A stretch of 64,000 nt of DNA. Origin: Blepharisma stoltei ATCC 30299. Taxonomy: Eukaryota; Protista; Ciliophora. Positions 46,886-59,800 of this stretch are shown here, in pieces. The DNA lies in the NCBI GenBank assembly GCA_965603825.1, contig CBFDEM010000062.1, forward strand, positions 124,001 to 188,000. Reading direction: 5' to 3'. Within the stretch, counting starts at the first letter, position 1. Each line of letters opens with the position of its first letter. The notes beneath the pieces are model-generated. The model saw nothing but the letters and a program-made list of their open reading frames with translations, had not been told where the DNA came from and did no database searches. A program made the position numbers and the translations under genes.

Positions 46886-47131
46886 TTAAAAATCACTTAC
46901 TCTTCCTTTAATTTCCCAATCTCCATAGCGGGTAGGCTCAGGACCTTTTACCCTATAGCCAAATTCTCCAAACTCGCTTCCAGTATCCACTTCAGCTTCA
47001 GCTAGATCTTGTTCATATTGAGGAAGCTCTTTTTCTAATTCTTTTGTAAATCTGTTTATGACTTGGATTTGTTCTTCAGTAGTTCTCTGCACAACTTTAT
47101 CAGCGAATCTTCGAATAAGTCTTGATATCAT
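46886..47131 (-). CDS. SDHAF4: Succinate dehydrogenase assembly factor 4 (Sdh8)
   Basis: C-terminal GPEPTRYGDWEIKGRVSDF; presequence MISRLIRRF. Confidence 0.93.
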   Translation of the reverse strand: MISRLIRRFADKVVQRTTEEQIQVINRFTKELEKELPQYEQDLAEAEVDTGSEFGEFGYRVKGPEPTRYGDWEIKGRVSDF

Positions 47132-47343
47132 TTTGTATATATCAATAGATTATTAGCGATAATTACTCAAACATTTTTAGCATTTTATGAACTCACCACA
47201 TTAAGAATTCTAGTATAAATGACATTCGCATCATTATAATACTTCTAGGTTTCTGCATAACTATGATTATTTTAATTAGGATTTACTCATAACAGCTAAA
47301 AAAAGTATCATTGATTTTGGTAATTTTAATCAATAAATTCAAT

Positions 47344-50300
47344 ATGTATGTGTCTCATTTTACTCTGGAGGATTTTAATAGAAACAACCATGCGCCTTTT
47401 ATAAAGGCACGCCCAAACACAAATGTTCTCAACCACCTATGCCAAGACATAGTGCCAAAAGTCGAAATCACAAGGCATATTGTCGCATCTGTACGAAGGC
47501 GAGACAGAGCGTACTTGCCGACGCATTTCCATGTTCAATGAGCAATGGAGTGTATAGGCTTTGCTTTTTCACTTCCTATAGAGTATCATTCAATAATTTC
47601 TACAGCGATTGAAATATATAAAGACTGGCTTAATATTGGAGATGGAGAACGGCCAGTCTGTATAGAAGAAGATGAAGGGTTTTACCAAAGAGAAATCATA
47701 GGGCATTTATCCTTGTTATTTGTGGAAAGACCAGGAGACACACATAAACATGTTGAATTGTGTGTGGAAGTTTTAATTTTGCTTAGAGATTTCATAAGAT
47801 TGAAAACTCTTGAAGAGGACACCTGGAAATGTCTGTTAAAAATAATGCTGCTTATGTCTCATCCTTTACTAAAAAGTATTAGTGCACTAGCACAAGATTT
47901 ATGCCCATTGTTACTGAAAACTCTGTTTGAAATTTGGCTTAGGTCGAATACCAGAGACAAAGAGCTATGAAAAGAGCTCCAAACCTGCTCCAGCGCATGA
48001 CTGCACCACATCTGGCTTATTTACCAATGAAAAGCTGTAGCCCACGGTCTCACACAGCGTATCAATGCTATGCTCTATGGTGAAGAGCCACCTACCTTGC
48101 AGCTGCATTTCTTACGTATCTCAAAACCCCATGATGAGCCTCCAGAAACCCTTCTGCTTCATTTTTCACTAGAACAAAGTCTGTATTTTTGGTACCGATT
48201 TTTAAATCTCATGCTTCTCAATACCCGTGATAAAATTCCTACAGATCCAGACGTCCACAAAGAACTTGTAAGGTCAGTTGCCACAATAACTGACTCCTTT
48301 TTGGAGATTGCTGAAAAGAGAACTGTCGCCAAAGGGCTTGTAATGCCAAATATTGTGACTGCAAGCGGCCCTCAAGCTTTAGCTGAATTAACAAGAAAAT
48401 TCCAAGACACCCATTTCCATTATTTATGGGGACTTAGCAGGTTGCCCATTCCCAGCGCTGATGGCTTGCTAAATATGTTTGGAGGCTGGCTGTTTTTCCA
48501 CGCAAATGCTGAAGGTAGCTATAATGAGTTTGGAAGGGCAGAAGCAATAGGAGCGCTTTGTAGGATTATGTGCAAGGCTGGAGGGCCTAATAGAGACGAA
48601 TTTTTAGGAAAATTTTATAGGACCATTTTTAAATGTATGGAAAGCTCGTCAAGCTCACTGGTGGTCATGTATATTCTTAAGCATTCTCCAAATCTGTTGA
48701 CGCTAGATCATAGAGGGGTCAGAATTTTGCTTCATAAAGAAGCGCTTTCTAAAGCAATCATGAATAACTTGACTGACAGCAATATTTCTCCCGCAGTAAA
48801 AAGACCATGCTATTATATTTTAGGGACCTTCGTAGCTGTTGCTCAGTATTTTAACCAGCCAGCACCCATTATACAGGTAACTACAATTTTGCAAAAAGCG
48901 CTTGACCATGAAACTGATAGTGAAAATTTCCACAGACTGGTATGGACTATGTGTATTTTTGCAGGAAGTATTCATTCTGATTCTGAGCTTTTAACTAATA
49001 TTGTGATTCAGCTAGTAAATAGGTTGGAAACTATTGATTATATTCAAGAAAAAAAGATCTATCAAGATTTGCTTGAAACTATTGCGACTCTTCCTTTTTT
49101 AATCTGCTATAAACCAATTACCAGTGAAAATTTAGTTATTTGTATAGTGGACAAACTCTGCTCATATATTTCAAAAAAATTTGGAAAAAATTCAAATGAG
49201 ACTATTATAAGCAGCCTTTTATTTGCCCTGCTGCATTGGCTTGCATGCTTTCCGAATGTTTTTATGGAGCCGACTATCAGACAGAACGCCTTATCAGTCG
49301 CTATAAGTGCTCAAGCATTGGATAGGGTTAAAGAAGTGGCTCTTTATGTTGAGGATTTTTTAATGAACAATTTAGGAAGAGGTCTCCCACCAATTGCATA
49401 TACAAGTCTAGACGCACTTGAAATATCAAGTGGCTTGTTAACGTATAGTGAAGTTAAGCTTCCTAAGCGGCATTTCCTTTATAATGGCCAAGTTTTATTG
49501 ACTTTATATGATTCTTCTCAAGAAAACCCGACTAATGAAGAAGTTTTAGTGGTTATGAGAAACTCAGTAGGCAGATATATATGAAAAACTAAGCTAATAT
49601 ATAGAATTGATGATGGAAATGTAGGGAATACCGCTTGGAAAATGGACTTATGCCAAGATAGGACGCCTCCGATTGCTCCTGCTCATGATGATGAGGTGTC
49701 AGATCATTTATTTGAAGATTTAAGCGACCAAGAAAAAGCTTTATTTAGAAGTTTTCAAGGGATTATTAAAAAACAAGAAGAAATTAATAAAAATTATGAG
49801 TCAGGAATACATACAGAATATGAAACCCAAAACGTAGTTATGAGTCCGAAGCCTACTGAAGATGTACCTAAATCATATAGACTATTATTAGCGCAGCTTG
49901 GCCTTTTACAAACTGAGCACATTACAAGTTTATTAGCACTATCTGGGGACGAGGTAGAAAAAGTTATATCAGATATTGACAAAATTCCTGAAAAAGAGTT
50001 AATTATTGCCCCAATTTTGTACTTGAAAACTCCAGAATCTAAAGAAACTGACGTATTAAGCAATGTTGATTACTATTCTCAAAGTTTCCAAGACTTTTTG
50101 CCTCAAATGGGTGTCTTATTGAAATCAACTCATACCCAGTTTGAGGTCTTTAAACAAGTCTCAAAATATTTAACCAAATATGGTGCAGCTTTATATACGT
50201 CTGGGTATTATTATGAGCTTGTAAGCGTAGTACCTGCCGTTATTCCAGACGCAAGCTCTTTAACACTGCAAGACCTTATTTCTTATGGGCAAGTTGTAGT

Positions 50301-50679
50301 CTTGTGGAACCAGAGAGCAAATGATCCGTATACAGCAAAAATCCCGAATTTGCTTGAATCTCATGGGATGAAAAGAAAAACTGTGATAATTCTAACACCA
50401 TTGAAAAATAGACTTATTAAAGTTAATATATCTCCAAATGAAATACAACAAGGGCCGCTGCTAAATGATATGCTTGTACCTGAATACATGATGGGTACAC
50501 TTTTAATAAGGACTATTATAAATATGCATGGAACTTCTATGGCAAGAGTATCTTCCAGAATCAGAAGAATAGAGCAATTAGAAGTACTTAGTGAGATAGG
50601 GAGAAAAGCTGAGGCTACAAAGAATGGAAAACTCAGCTCAATTCTATCGCATGCTTTTCAAATCACTAAGTGGGATTAA
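47344..50679 (+). CDS. RalGAP beta-like protein with C-terminal RapGAP-type domain, 1111 aa
   Basis: HVQ-W-AMECIG, IYKDWL, L-W-KEL...A-W-LH...Q-W-...LTQR, LLNMFGGWLF, GRAEAIGALCRI, GPLLNDMLV; five TGA at Trp-consensus sites. Confidence 0.78.
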
Positions 50680-50728
50680 TGACTCATTTTAATTAAACTA
50701 ATAATTTAACTTAATTTCTTCTTTATAA

Positions 50729-53011
50729 ATGTCAGCTCAGGACAGTTCTTGCGATCTTAAAGCTCTTAGCACACAGAGAACAGTCCAAATATCAGATGAT
50801 GATTTCATCTACATTCTGGTCTTCCCCAACCTCTTTTCAAGAGATCCAAACCTCAAAGAACAATTGCAGAACCGAAAATTTTCCAAAGCAAAATGCGCCG
50901 AAATTTTCAAATCTGCCTTCAAGATTTCTGAAGATGAAAACAACGACTTAAGGAACGATCTAAATAAAGACTTTAATGCCTTTTTAAAAGACAGCCAAGA
51001 AGAAATCGAATATCATCGATTTTTGCTTTTAATTTTAATGTGCTTATTCAAGATCTTTGAGACAAAACTTATGCTACGTATTAAATTATTTTTTTCTAGA
51101 GACAAGGATGAGATTTTTTGCAAAATTGGAGTGAGTGATTATAACTCAAAGGTCCAGGCTTGTCTTTCTGATTATTTGGTGCAATTAGATAGAAAAGATG
51201 AGGAAAAATGTGGATACTCATTTATTTCGCCTTATGCTATTTTTGAGATGGATATTGAGGATAGCCAGGATGATAGTGAAAATTTGGAGAAGCTGTATAA
51301 AGCTTATAAATATGATGAGAAAAAAGCGAAAATGATTGAAGAAAGATTTACTATGTTTAGGTATAAAGATAAAGTAAGGCTTCTGTTTGAAATGATTACT
51401 TCGGTGGTTGATATACCTGATTTGATTGATAATAAAATCATAACTGCAGGGTATTGCGTCCATAATATGGAGCAGTTGACATATCTTAGAAAAAATTGGG
51501 GATCATTCTGGGCAATTTATAAGCCTCAAAATTTCAAAGAAATCCGGAAATATTTCGGTGAGAAAATCGCTATATATTTTGCATGGCTTGACTATTATGT
51601 TAAATGGCTTATTTTACCAGCAATACTCGGTTCTGCACTTTTTTGGACTGAATTTCATTATCAGGATATGAATGACAAATCAAAAGAGATGACAAAATCA
51701 GAAGTGGGGTTGCTCATTTTTTCTGTATTTCTTGCTTTGGGATCAGCACTTTTAGACAAACTTTGAATACGCAGGCAGAATGAGCTATCTTGAATGTGGG
51801 GAACTGTAGACTTAAATGTTGTTGAACTGCAACGTCCCGGATTTAAAGGAGTATATAGAAAAGACCCAATTTCAGGAAGACAAAAGAAATTCTCCAATAA
51901 AATAGTTACAGAAGGCGCAAAAAGAATTATTGGGATAAATATCGCTATTTTATTCGCAAGCGTTGTTTTCATAACAGTAGGAGGCATCTTTTTCTATCGA
52001 TCTACCCGCACTGCCTCTGACTTAGGAGGACAATGGCATCGTATTTGCGCCTTAATGAACGCCGTTCAAATCCAAGTAATGAATTTTGTTTACAGAAAAG
52101 TTGCAAAAGTCTTAACAGACTGGGAAAACTACGAATATGACTCCCAATATTTCGATTCCTTGATATTTAAGCTCTATCTCTTCCAGTTCGTAAACTCCTA
52201 TATTTCATTATTTTACATTGCCTTTGTGAAATATTACATTGAAGGTTGCGGTTTGGAAGAAGATTGCATGAGTGAGCTGAGGACACAGCTAGGTGTTATT
52301 TTTATTATCAAAATGCTTTTAAACTTTATTGAGCTAGGAAAGCCAATCATTATGAGAAAAATCAAGCTTTGGAAAGAAAGAAAAGAAATTGAAAAAAGTA
52401 AACAAAGAGGTGAGCAGGTAAGAGAAGAAATGACGCTTATTGAAGCACAAAATAAGCTTGAAGACTATGAGACACCGCTTGATGATTATATGGAAATTGT
52501 GATTGATTATGGATATGTCGTAATGTTTTCAGCAGCTTTACCTCTAGTCCCTCTACTTGCATTAGGTATGAATATTCTTGAAATTCGTGTAGACTCATAT
52601 AAGCTTTGCTGACTGACAAAAAGACCTTTTCCGATGCTAGCCAACTCAATAGGATATTGGCAAGTGATTCTGAGGTCAATTTCTACTATGGGTGCTCTCA
52701 CAAATACAGGAATTATGATTTTTACAATTGATATATTCGATTTAGACCACCTTACAGAAAAATGGCTTTATTTTATGATTATTGAGCATTTAATTTTATT
52801 ATTCAAGTACACATTATATGTACAGTTTAATGATACCCCTCAAAGAGTAACGAAAGGACTGGTGTGGGGAAATAGAATCGCAGCTGAAAGAATGTATGGG
52901 CGAGCACATGATGAGAGTCAAAAAGACTTAAGAGGCCTTTATTTTAAGGATCTTCAAGGAAGAAATGATGTAGTTTTAGATCCTTATAAGATATCTAAAG
53001 AAAATAATTAA
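50729..53011 (+). CDS. Anoctamin/TMEM16, 760 aa
   Basis: IRKYFGEKIAIYFAWL, LTDWENY, KLYLFQFVNSY.SLFYIAF, DDYMEIVI.YGY, NILEIRVDSYKL; three TGA. Confidence 0.93.
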
Positions 53012-53069
53012 GTTAAAGAACTTTAATTTATAAATTACTATGAAATCCAAAAATTCTCTTTTCTTCTGT

Positions 53070-53759
53070 TTATCTTTTATTTTCTCCTCTTGATACTTTT
53101 TCTATTATTTTCCTAACTTCTCTAATGTTTTCACTTTTTATCAAATTATAAATTTCCTCATAAGTATAGCCTGCATCAAGCATTGCTTTTACTTTTCTTT
53201 CAAACTTATCTCCTAAGTGTTCTCTAATCCCTAATTCTTCATCAAACTTTTTCTTTTCCTCTTCTGAAAGTGTTTTTCCAAATCATCTCACAAAATCATT
53301 CCTAAGAAGCAGCTCATCTCTTCCTGTGAGCTCATTATAAGAGTCTCTTACTACATGTTGGCAGTTATGCTGAATAGCATCATATTGTGTCTTTTTAGAA
53401 TGCTTGCCAAATTTTGCAGTCACATCTCTAACTAGGTAGCCTGGGATAGCTCGGTTTTGTCTGAATATATTTTTTTCAGAATTATCGTAATAGTTATAAG
53501 TGATTTTTGGTTCAATGCTGTCAGCGAAATAGTCGTATCTTATTTTTTTGCCAGTGTATGTTACAGCGACTAAATATGAATGTTTAATCCCTGGTATCCC
53601 AATAGGCTGATTAAGATTTTCACATCCTTCTTGGATAAATAAAATATCTTCAACGTCCATTGGAAGCTCTGTTGTGTAGTATTTGTTATAAACCTGCTCT
53701 GCACTTCATAGTAAAGGAGAAACAGCAGATACACCTGCATAGTATTTCAAGTTTCCCAT
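53070..53759 (-). CDS. Permuted NlpC/P60 (PPPDE/LRAT-like) thiol hydrolase, 229 aa
   Basis: HSYLV...YDY...YDAIQHNCQHVV (His before NC); ATG 53759 (MGN), two TGA, TAA at 53070. Confidence 0.65.
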
Positions 53760-53848
53760 TTTGAAGTTATTAATTTAGAATTTTTAATTGTAAAAGGTTT
53801 TGTGGACTGCAAAGATAAAGACAGAAGATTTAAATTATATTAAAAAAG

Positions 53849-56800
53849 TTATGATTTGATCTGTGCCATCACATCCTTAATTTTCTTTGACAATTTATCT
53901 ACAGCTGCTTGGTTTGGGAATGGAATCAAAAATGAGACTTTCTTTTTATGTTTCTTATGTTTACTTGGTAAAGTATATAAGACGAGTCCTTTTCTTTCAA
54001 TGACTTCTAAATTCTCAATTGTCGAAGTATTAACTTCCCAAAGTATTTTTTTGGTTCTTATATCTGCAAGAATAAGAATTCCGAAAAATAAAATCGCTAA
54101 AAGTTTTTGGCCTCTTATATCTTTGCTTACAGACTGAGCAATAAATCTTTCCCTAGAATAAATTCCTTTTTGTAGCTGATTGATAAAAAATAATGATTGA
54201 GCGTCATATTCATTATAAGGCTTGATTAGAAAACTGTTGCCATAAAATGGTCTTGGAGCTCTTGCTCTATTATAGACACTGACTTTTTCAAAAGCATTTG
54301 CGGTATTTTTGACTCCTTCAGCTGTTTTGCTAGCTGCATCAAGCATTCCTGCGACAGGTTTAACTACAAGTCCTGTTAATCCTCTGACTCCTCCTTTGAT
54401 CATTCCTTTTACCTTATTTTTCTTATAGCCTTTATAAGGCTCAGAAACAACTCCAGTAATCCCTTTTCCTAAATTTCTGAAAAATGATTTAAATCCAAGC
54501 CCAACACCATCAACAAGGTTTCTAGGCTTATTCTTAATTTTATCACGCTGTCTTTCTAAGAAATATTCTCTGCTTTGGGTTAATGAAGAAATCCCAGTGG
54601 CCAAACTGCTTGCAAGCTTCGAAACTGTCCCAAATGTCCCCTGAACAGTATTTTTCACTAGTGACCCTGCCCCTTTGATAAAGCCTTTTCCCGCACTCAT
54701 TGGCCCATTAATAAGTCCTTGAGCTGGCTCATAAAAGAAATCCACAAACCCTGTCCCTAAATTATTAAGCAGCCCAATAGGATTTCCAAGCACTTCTGCA
54801 TGTCCAATTAACGAAAAAATTTCACTTGCAAGCTGTCCTTTATAATGCATAAGCAGCCCTGACACAATCTGCATTTGAGTGCCAAAAAGATCATTCATTT
54901 CCACAGAGTACAGCTTTATAGGCGCTGATTCTATTGCAGTAATTGCCATCCCCAATGCTTTTGTAATAGTTGCAAAGGCATCATTTGCAGTTTCTTCAGT
55001 CTCTTTAAGCGGTACAAAAGTCAAAATTAATTTTATAGGGCACAGTTTTAGCTTGGCAAAATAAAATCTTTTGTCTTGTGTAATAGGCTCTTTTACTGAC
55101 CAAGTTGGGCTAAAATAAGCTTCATATATTTTTTGTGACTCATAAACAGGGGATTCCTGCATGGTTAGTCTTCCGATATACTCCATAAGTTTCCTTATAA
55201 TTGCGCTTTCAAGATTAATAGTAAGTGGCTGGATAAGCAGCTCAAAGGTCTCGAAATGGTCACAGTTAGGATTTTCATCAATATATGCACAGATTGATAA
55301 ATGGACTATTCGGTTTTCATTGTACTCGTTAGGGAAGATTAGGACAGGGAAAATAGCGCTTGGATTATATTGGTTGTCAATTTGAAGGGTTTCGATCAGC
55401 ATTTCTACTTTTCACTGCCGCTTTGTGGTCTGCATAAGGAGAGTTATGTTATTAGCAGAAAAATATAAAACTTCGGCTGCTTTGTCGTGGTAGTGCTCTA
55501 TAAAAGAAATTCCAAACCGAGGGATGTTTATGTTAAACTGGGTCAAAATCATTTCATTTTCAGAAGTAATTTTTCCTAATGGGACATCAGCAAATCTCAA
55601 GACTTTGGTGGCAGATTCACTTATAGTGATGCCAAATATAACATAGCCTAATTCTTGTGTCATAAGAATAGGAACTCTATATGTCAAATTTATTTTGTCA
55701 AAAGAAAACCTATATTTACAATTAGTCTGCACAGGAAAATCTTCTAGAGATCCTATAAAGAACTCAACAACCAGTTCATGGTCAAGCAAAGGTTTACTAA
55801 AAGCAAAAGGCGTCATAGACATTACATCAATATACCTCATTTCGTCTTTACAGCCTTGCTGATAAACCATCATAGAAATATTTTTTGAAAAATTTTCAAT
55901 TCTATAAGAGCAAAACCTTTCATTTTCTTCTTCAAAAACAATATAAGCTGTACTTGTTTGGAGCTTTATTTCGACCTTTATGAGCACAAAGACACCAGGG
56001 TCTTTTAGATTTCGGCACTGGACTGTAAAAGTTCCAACACTTGAAATGCTGAAAGCTCCAGACCAGCCCCAGTGGTCTTCTAAGACCTTTATATTCATAA
56101 GTTCATTAGACATGCAGTCTGGCCAGTGGAAAGGCTCTCTGCTTTCAGGTTTCAATATTACGTCTTTTGATGGGCTTTTAAATTGTTTTATAATCAAATC
56201 TTGTTTCATATTATTAACAAGCAAAAATCTGGGGGATACAATAACCATTCTGGTAAATATCAGCTCATTTGGAACGGATTGGACAAGCTGAACTTCATAT
56301 ATAAACTGATATTTCGTCTTTAAGCCTTCTTCGTCTGGCTCTCCTTCAATTTCAATCATAGTTTGTGCTCCAATTGTATTAATTTTAAAATACTCTGACT
56401 TGCTTTTTCCCATACCAATAGCTATTTTTTTAGTAAAAAAACAAGGAACAAGAGGATCAATATTATTTTGCCCTGCCACAATTTTGCTATGGCCTTTCTT
56501 TTTACTATAAAAAGTGACAGGCAAAGATGTATTATTGACTAACACAACAGCTGAATAAAGAGTAATCATATGAGAGCCTTCTTTACGATAATCAATCAAA
56601 ACAGTTATAGCATCTCCATTATTGTCTATAAATGTTATAGTTGTAGCTGGCTTATCGCCTCTACGAGAAATAATGCACTGGCGATTGCTATAAGAAAAAT
56701 TTCTAAATGTAATTGCAGCGTGAAGGTCTTTGGTTGAGCTTATTGCATATTCTTCATAGGTTTGTCCTGCTAAAATAAAAATTTCTGTATACTCATGCTT

Positions 56801-59800
56801 ATTTTGATAATAAAGTCTCATTGAAAGATCACATGGTAAGTGGTTTCTAATTATCGTGGGCGGCTTAATAGCAATGGTTTTCTTTTGAGGGTTTGCAAGG
56901 TCTCGAATTAAATACAGCTCGACGTGGGAATTTCCGATTTTTATTTCTGCAGAGTGGCCATGATTTTGGCTGGAAAATTCTTGCAGTCTTATCATTGTCC
57001 ATTCAAATATATCTGAGTCAACTGGCATGAAGCCTAATAAATGGTTAACAAAATCAATAGGGACTGAGCATTCTTGCTTAGCAGGGCAGATTTTTTCTTC
57101 AGATTCTAAAAATTTGCTGAAAAGCAGCTTAATGTCAAACGTCGTCTCATTTAAAATTACAATCGAACTTCTCACTGTCAGAATTTTTCTGGTCTCAATC
57201 AGCCCTATTTCTAATATAATTGGAAATTGCTGCCCATAGCAATCCACATCTACAGTTAAACATTGAACTTTATTGATAGGTATATTATTAATCGGCGGAA
57301 AAGGCATTTCAGGCTTAAAAAGAGACACTGTTAAAAATTCCTGAGAAATTTCAATAGTCCTCATATCATTTGCGTTTATTTCATAATCCACCGACTTCCC
57401 AGCCGGCACTTCAATTATGATTTTTGGGCTGGTGTCCATAATATTAGTCTTCCACGCTTGCATATTGCACCCTGTTTTGTTAATAACACACAAAGGAGAA
57501 ACCACCTCTTTTCCTTCTACCCTTTGTTCTGAAGTGCTTCATGAGCTTAAAATCTTCAATGTGTGCTTAATCATAATTTCTGTCAAATTTATATTAAATG
57601 GCAATGATGGGTTAAAAAGCAGCATAACTTGCTTTTGTGGGTTTAAGTTTGGAGAGTCAAAAACCTCGACATTTAGAATGAACATTTCTATAAAAGGCTC
57701 CCACATGTCAATAAAAGGGTTATAATAACTGGAACGGATGTCTAGCTCTGCTTTTATGTTGTATTCGTCACCGTTTTGGTCTTGCTTTAGTTTAAACTGG
57801 CTTATAGTAAAATCTATAACTGGAGAATAAGCTCCAGAGCCATCATTAATAATAAGCACATTGATGCCGCCAAAGTAATAGTTAGTTTTGCTTGAGATTT
57901 TTAAGTTTTGGAGACTTATAGGAGCAGGATTTACTGGAAGAGTTTCTCTTTCACAGTCAGTTCTTCCTCTCATTCTTGACTTATTGACAGGGGCTTTCGG
58001 GAGTTCTATTTTTTGAGTATTTCTTTTAGGAGCAATTTCAAGCTCTTTTATAAGTTTTGCTTCTCTTTCCAGCATTTCGTTTTGAAATTTCATAACAGAT
58101 GCAATTAAATTGATATCTTGATGAGATATTATTAGCGTTAAATTTTCTATTTGTCAATCAGTATCATAATTCATACGATCCTCAACTCTTTGCTCTACAC
58201 TGGCAAAAATCAATTGAAGAGGCTCCTGGATTCTCCTTTTCTTAACATTTTCAAATGATTTTTTAGATACTAATTCGTCTGGCTTGCAGGTGTAAAGCTC
58301 TAATTCGTGGGCTACAAACTTTTTAATTGCAGATGGGACTTCTCCAGAGATTGCTTTAGCTTCGTTTTCTCTCATCATCATATAGTTGAAATCAGTCTGG
58401 GCCACTAAAACTCTATTAGTGTCTAAACAAGGCAAAATTACTATTGGTTTCTTTATACAGACATTTATCATTAATTTTGGAGCTAGCCATTGTAAGAGCA
58501 CTTCTTTTGAAATTTGGCTTGGGGAAGGCCTGTATTTGTGCATATAGTCAAATGGGGTATCATTTTCGTCTGTATAGTCAGGCATTCCATAATAAAAAAA
58601 ATTTTGAATTTCCATTATTATTGCATAATGAAAATTAATTCTGACTTGGATAAGTTCTATTATAATGTCTTTAGAGCCATCAAAGCTGCTTTTTAAATCA
58701 AGCCGGAAAGTAGACTCTCTTTCTATAGGAGATAATTCATTATCTTCCTCTAATGGCCCAAATAGTACATGAGACAGACGATTTCCTTCAAGAATGCTCT
58801 GGCAATGTGAAGGGATTGTAAAAATTTCTTGAGAAAGTCTTGTCTCATTATTCGTCTCACTGGAAACTTTAATTTTATCTATTAATCCTAGCAAACCTTT
58901 ACAAGTAAATCCCATATCCATAGAATAATCATTATATTTGATCATCTTAATATTCGTCCTTGTCCCTACAATTTCAGCGATTTCTTGGTCTTTATGATTT
59001 AACAATAGAGCAAATAGTCCAATATCAATATTTAAATTAATAAAAACACCTCCATGGTCAGGCAAGTTATCGATTTTCAGAGGTGGAACACATTCAGGAT
59101 TAATATACTCTTCCATTTGGTCATCATAAGAAAGATTTAAATCCACTAGTTTCAGGATAGTTTTATAATCATTTTGAGAAAAAGTCAATTTTACTTCATG
59201 CGATTCTCCTCTTATAATGAAACTTTTATCAATACTTCTGTTTAATTGCTGCAAATTAGTCAAAACTGGTCTTTCAAAGGTAAGCAGAAAGTCAAGTTTA
59301 TCAGCGATATCTTGAGTTTTGCTGCTTATATTGACGTTTTTCATAAAAATCGTATAAATGTCAAGCCATACTTCGTCTCCTCGATTTGTGCTGATTCCAT
59401 GCTTGTTGGTAATATTAATGTCACCTAAGTCAACTATGAGGTAATCAGGGTAGTCAGGACGAGGAGTAAGGGTAATGTGAGGGTTTTTAATGTTTATTGT
59501 CATAGATGTGAAACTTCTTGTATCTTGGAAGAGGCCTGATTCTTCTTGAAGTGATTGAATTGTGGATAAATTTAGAAGATAAGATAAGCGGTAAAGAGGA
59601 GACCAATGGTTAATGTCTCTTGCTCTCGCATTTACATCAAAAACCCCTAATATTTTATATGAAAAATAATCAATGATCCTCAAGAATGGCTGTTGAATAT
59701 AAACCATATTTATTGAGTTCATCTCAATATTAACAATAGTCGACGTGTCTAGCGGCTTATCAGGATTATCTTCAGAATACATGCAAATTTTAAACTTCAA

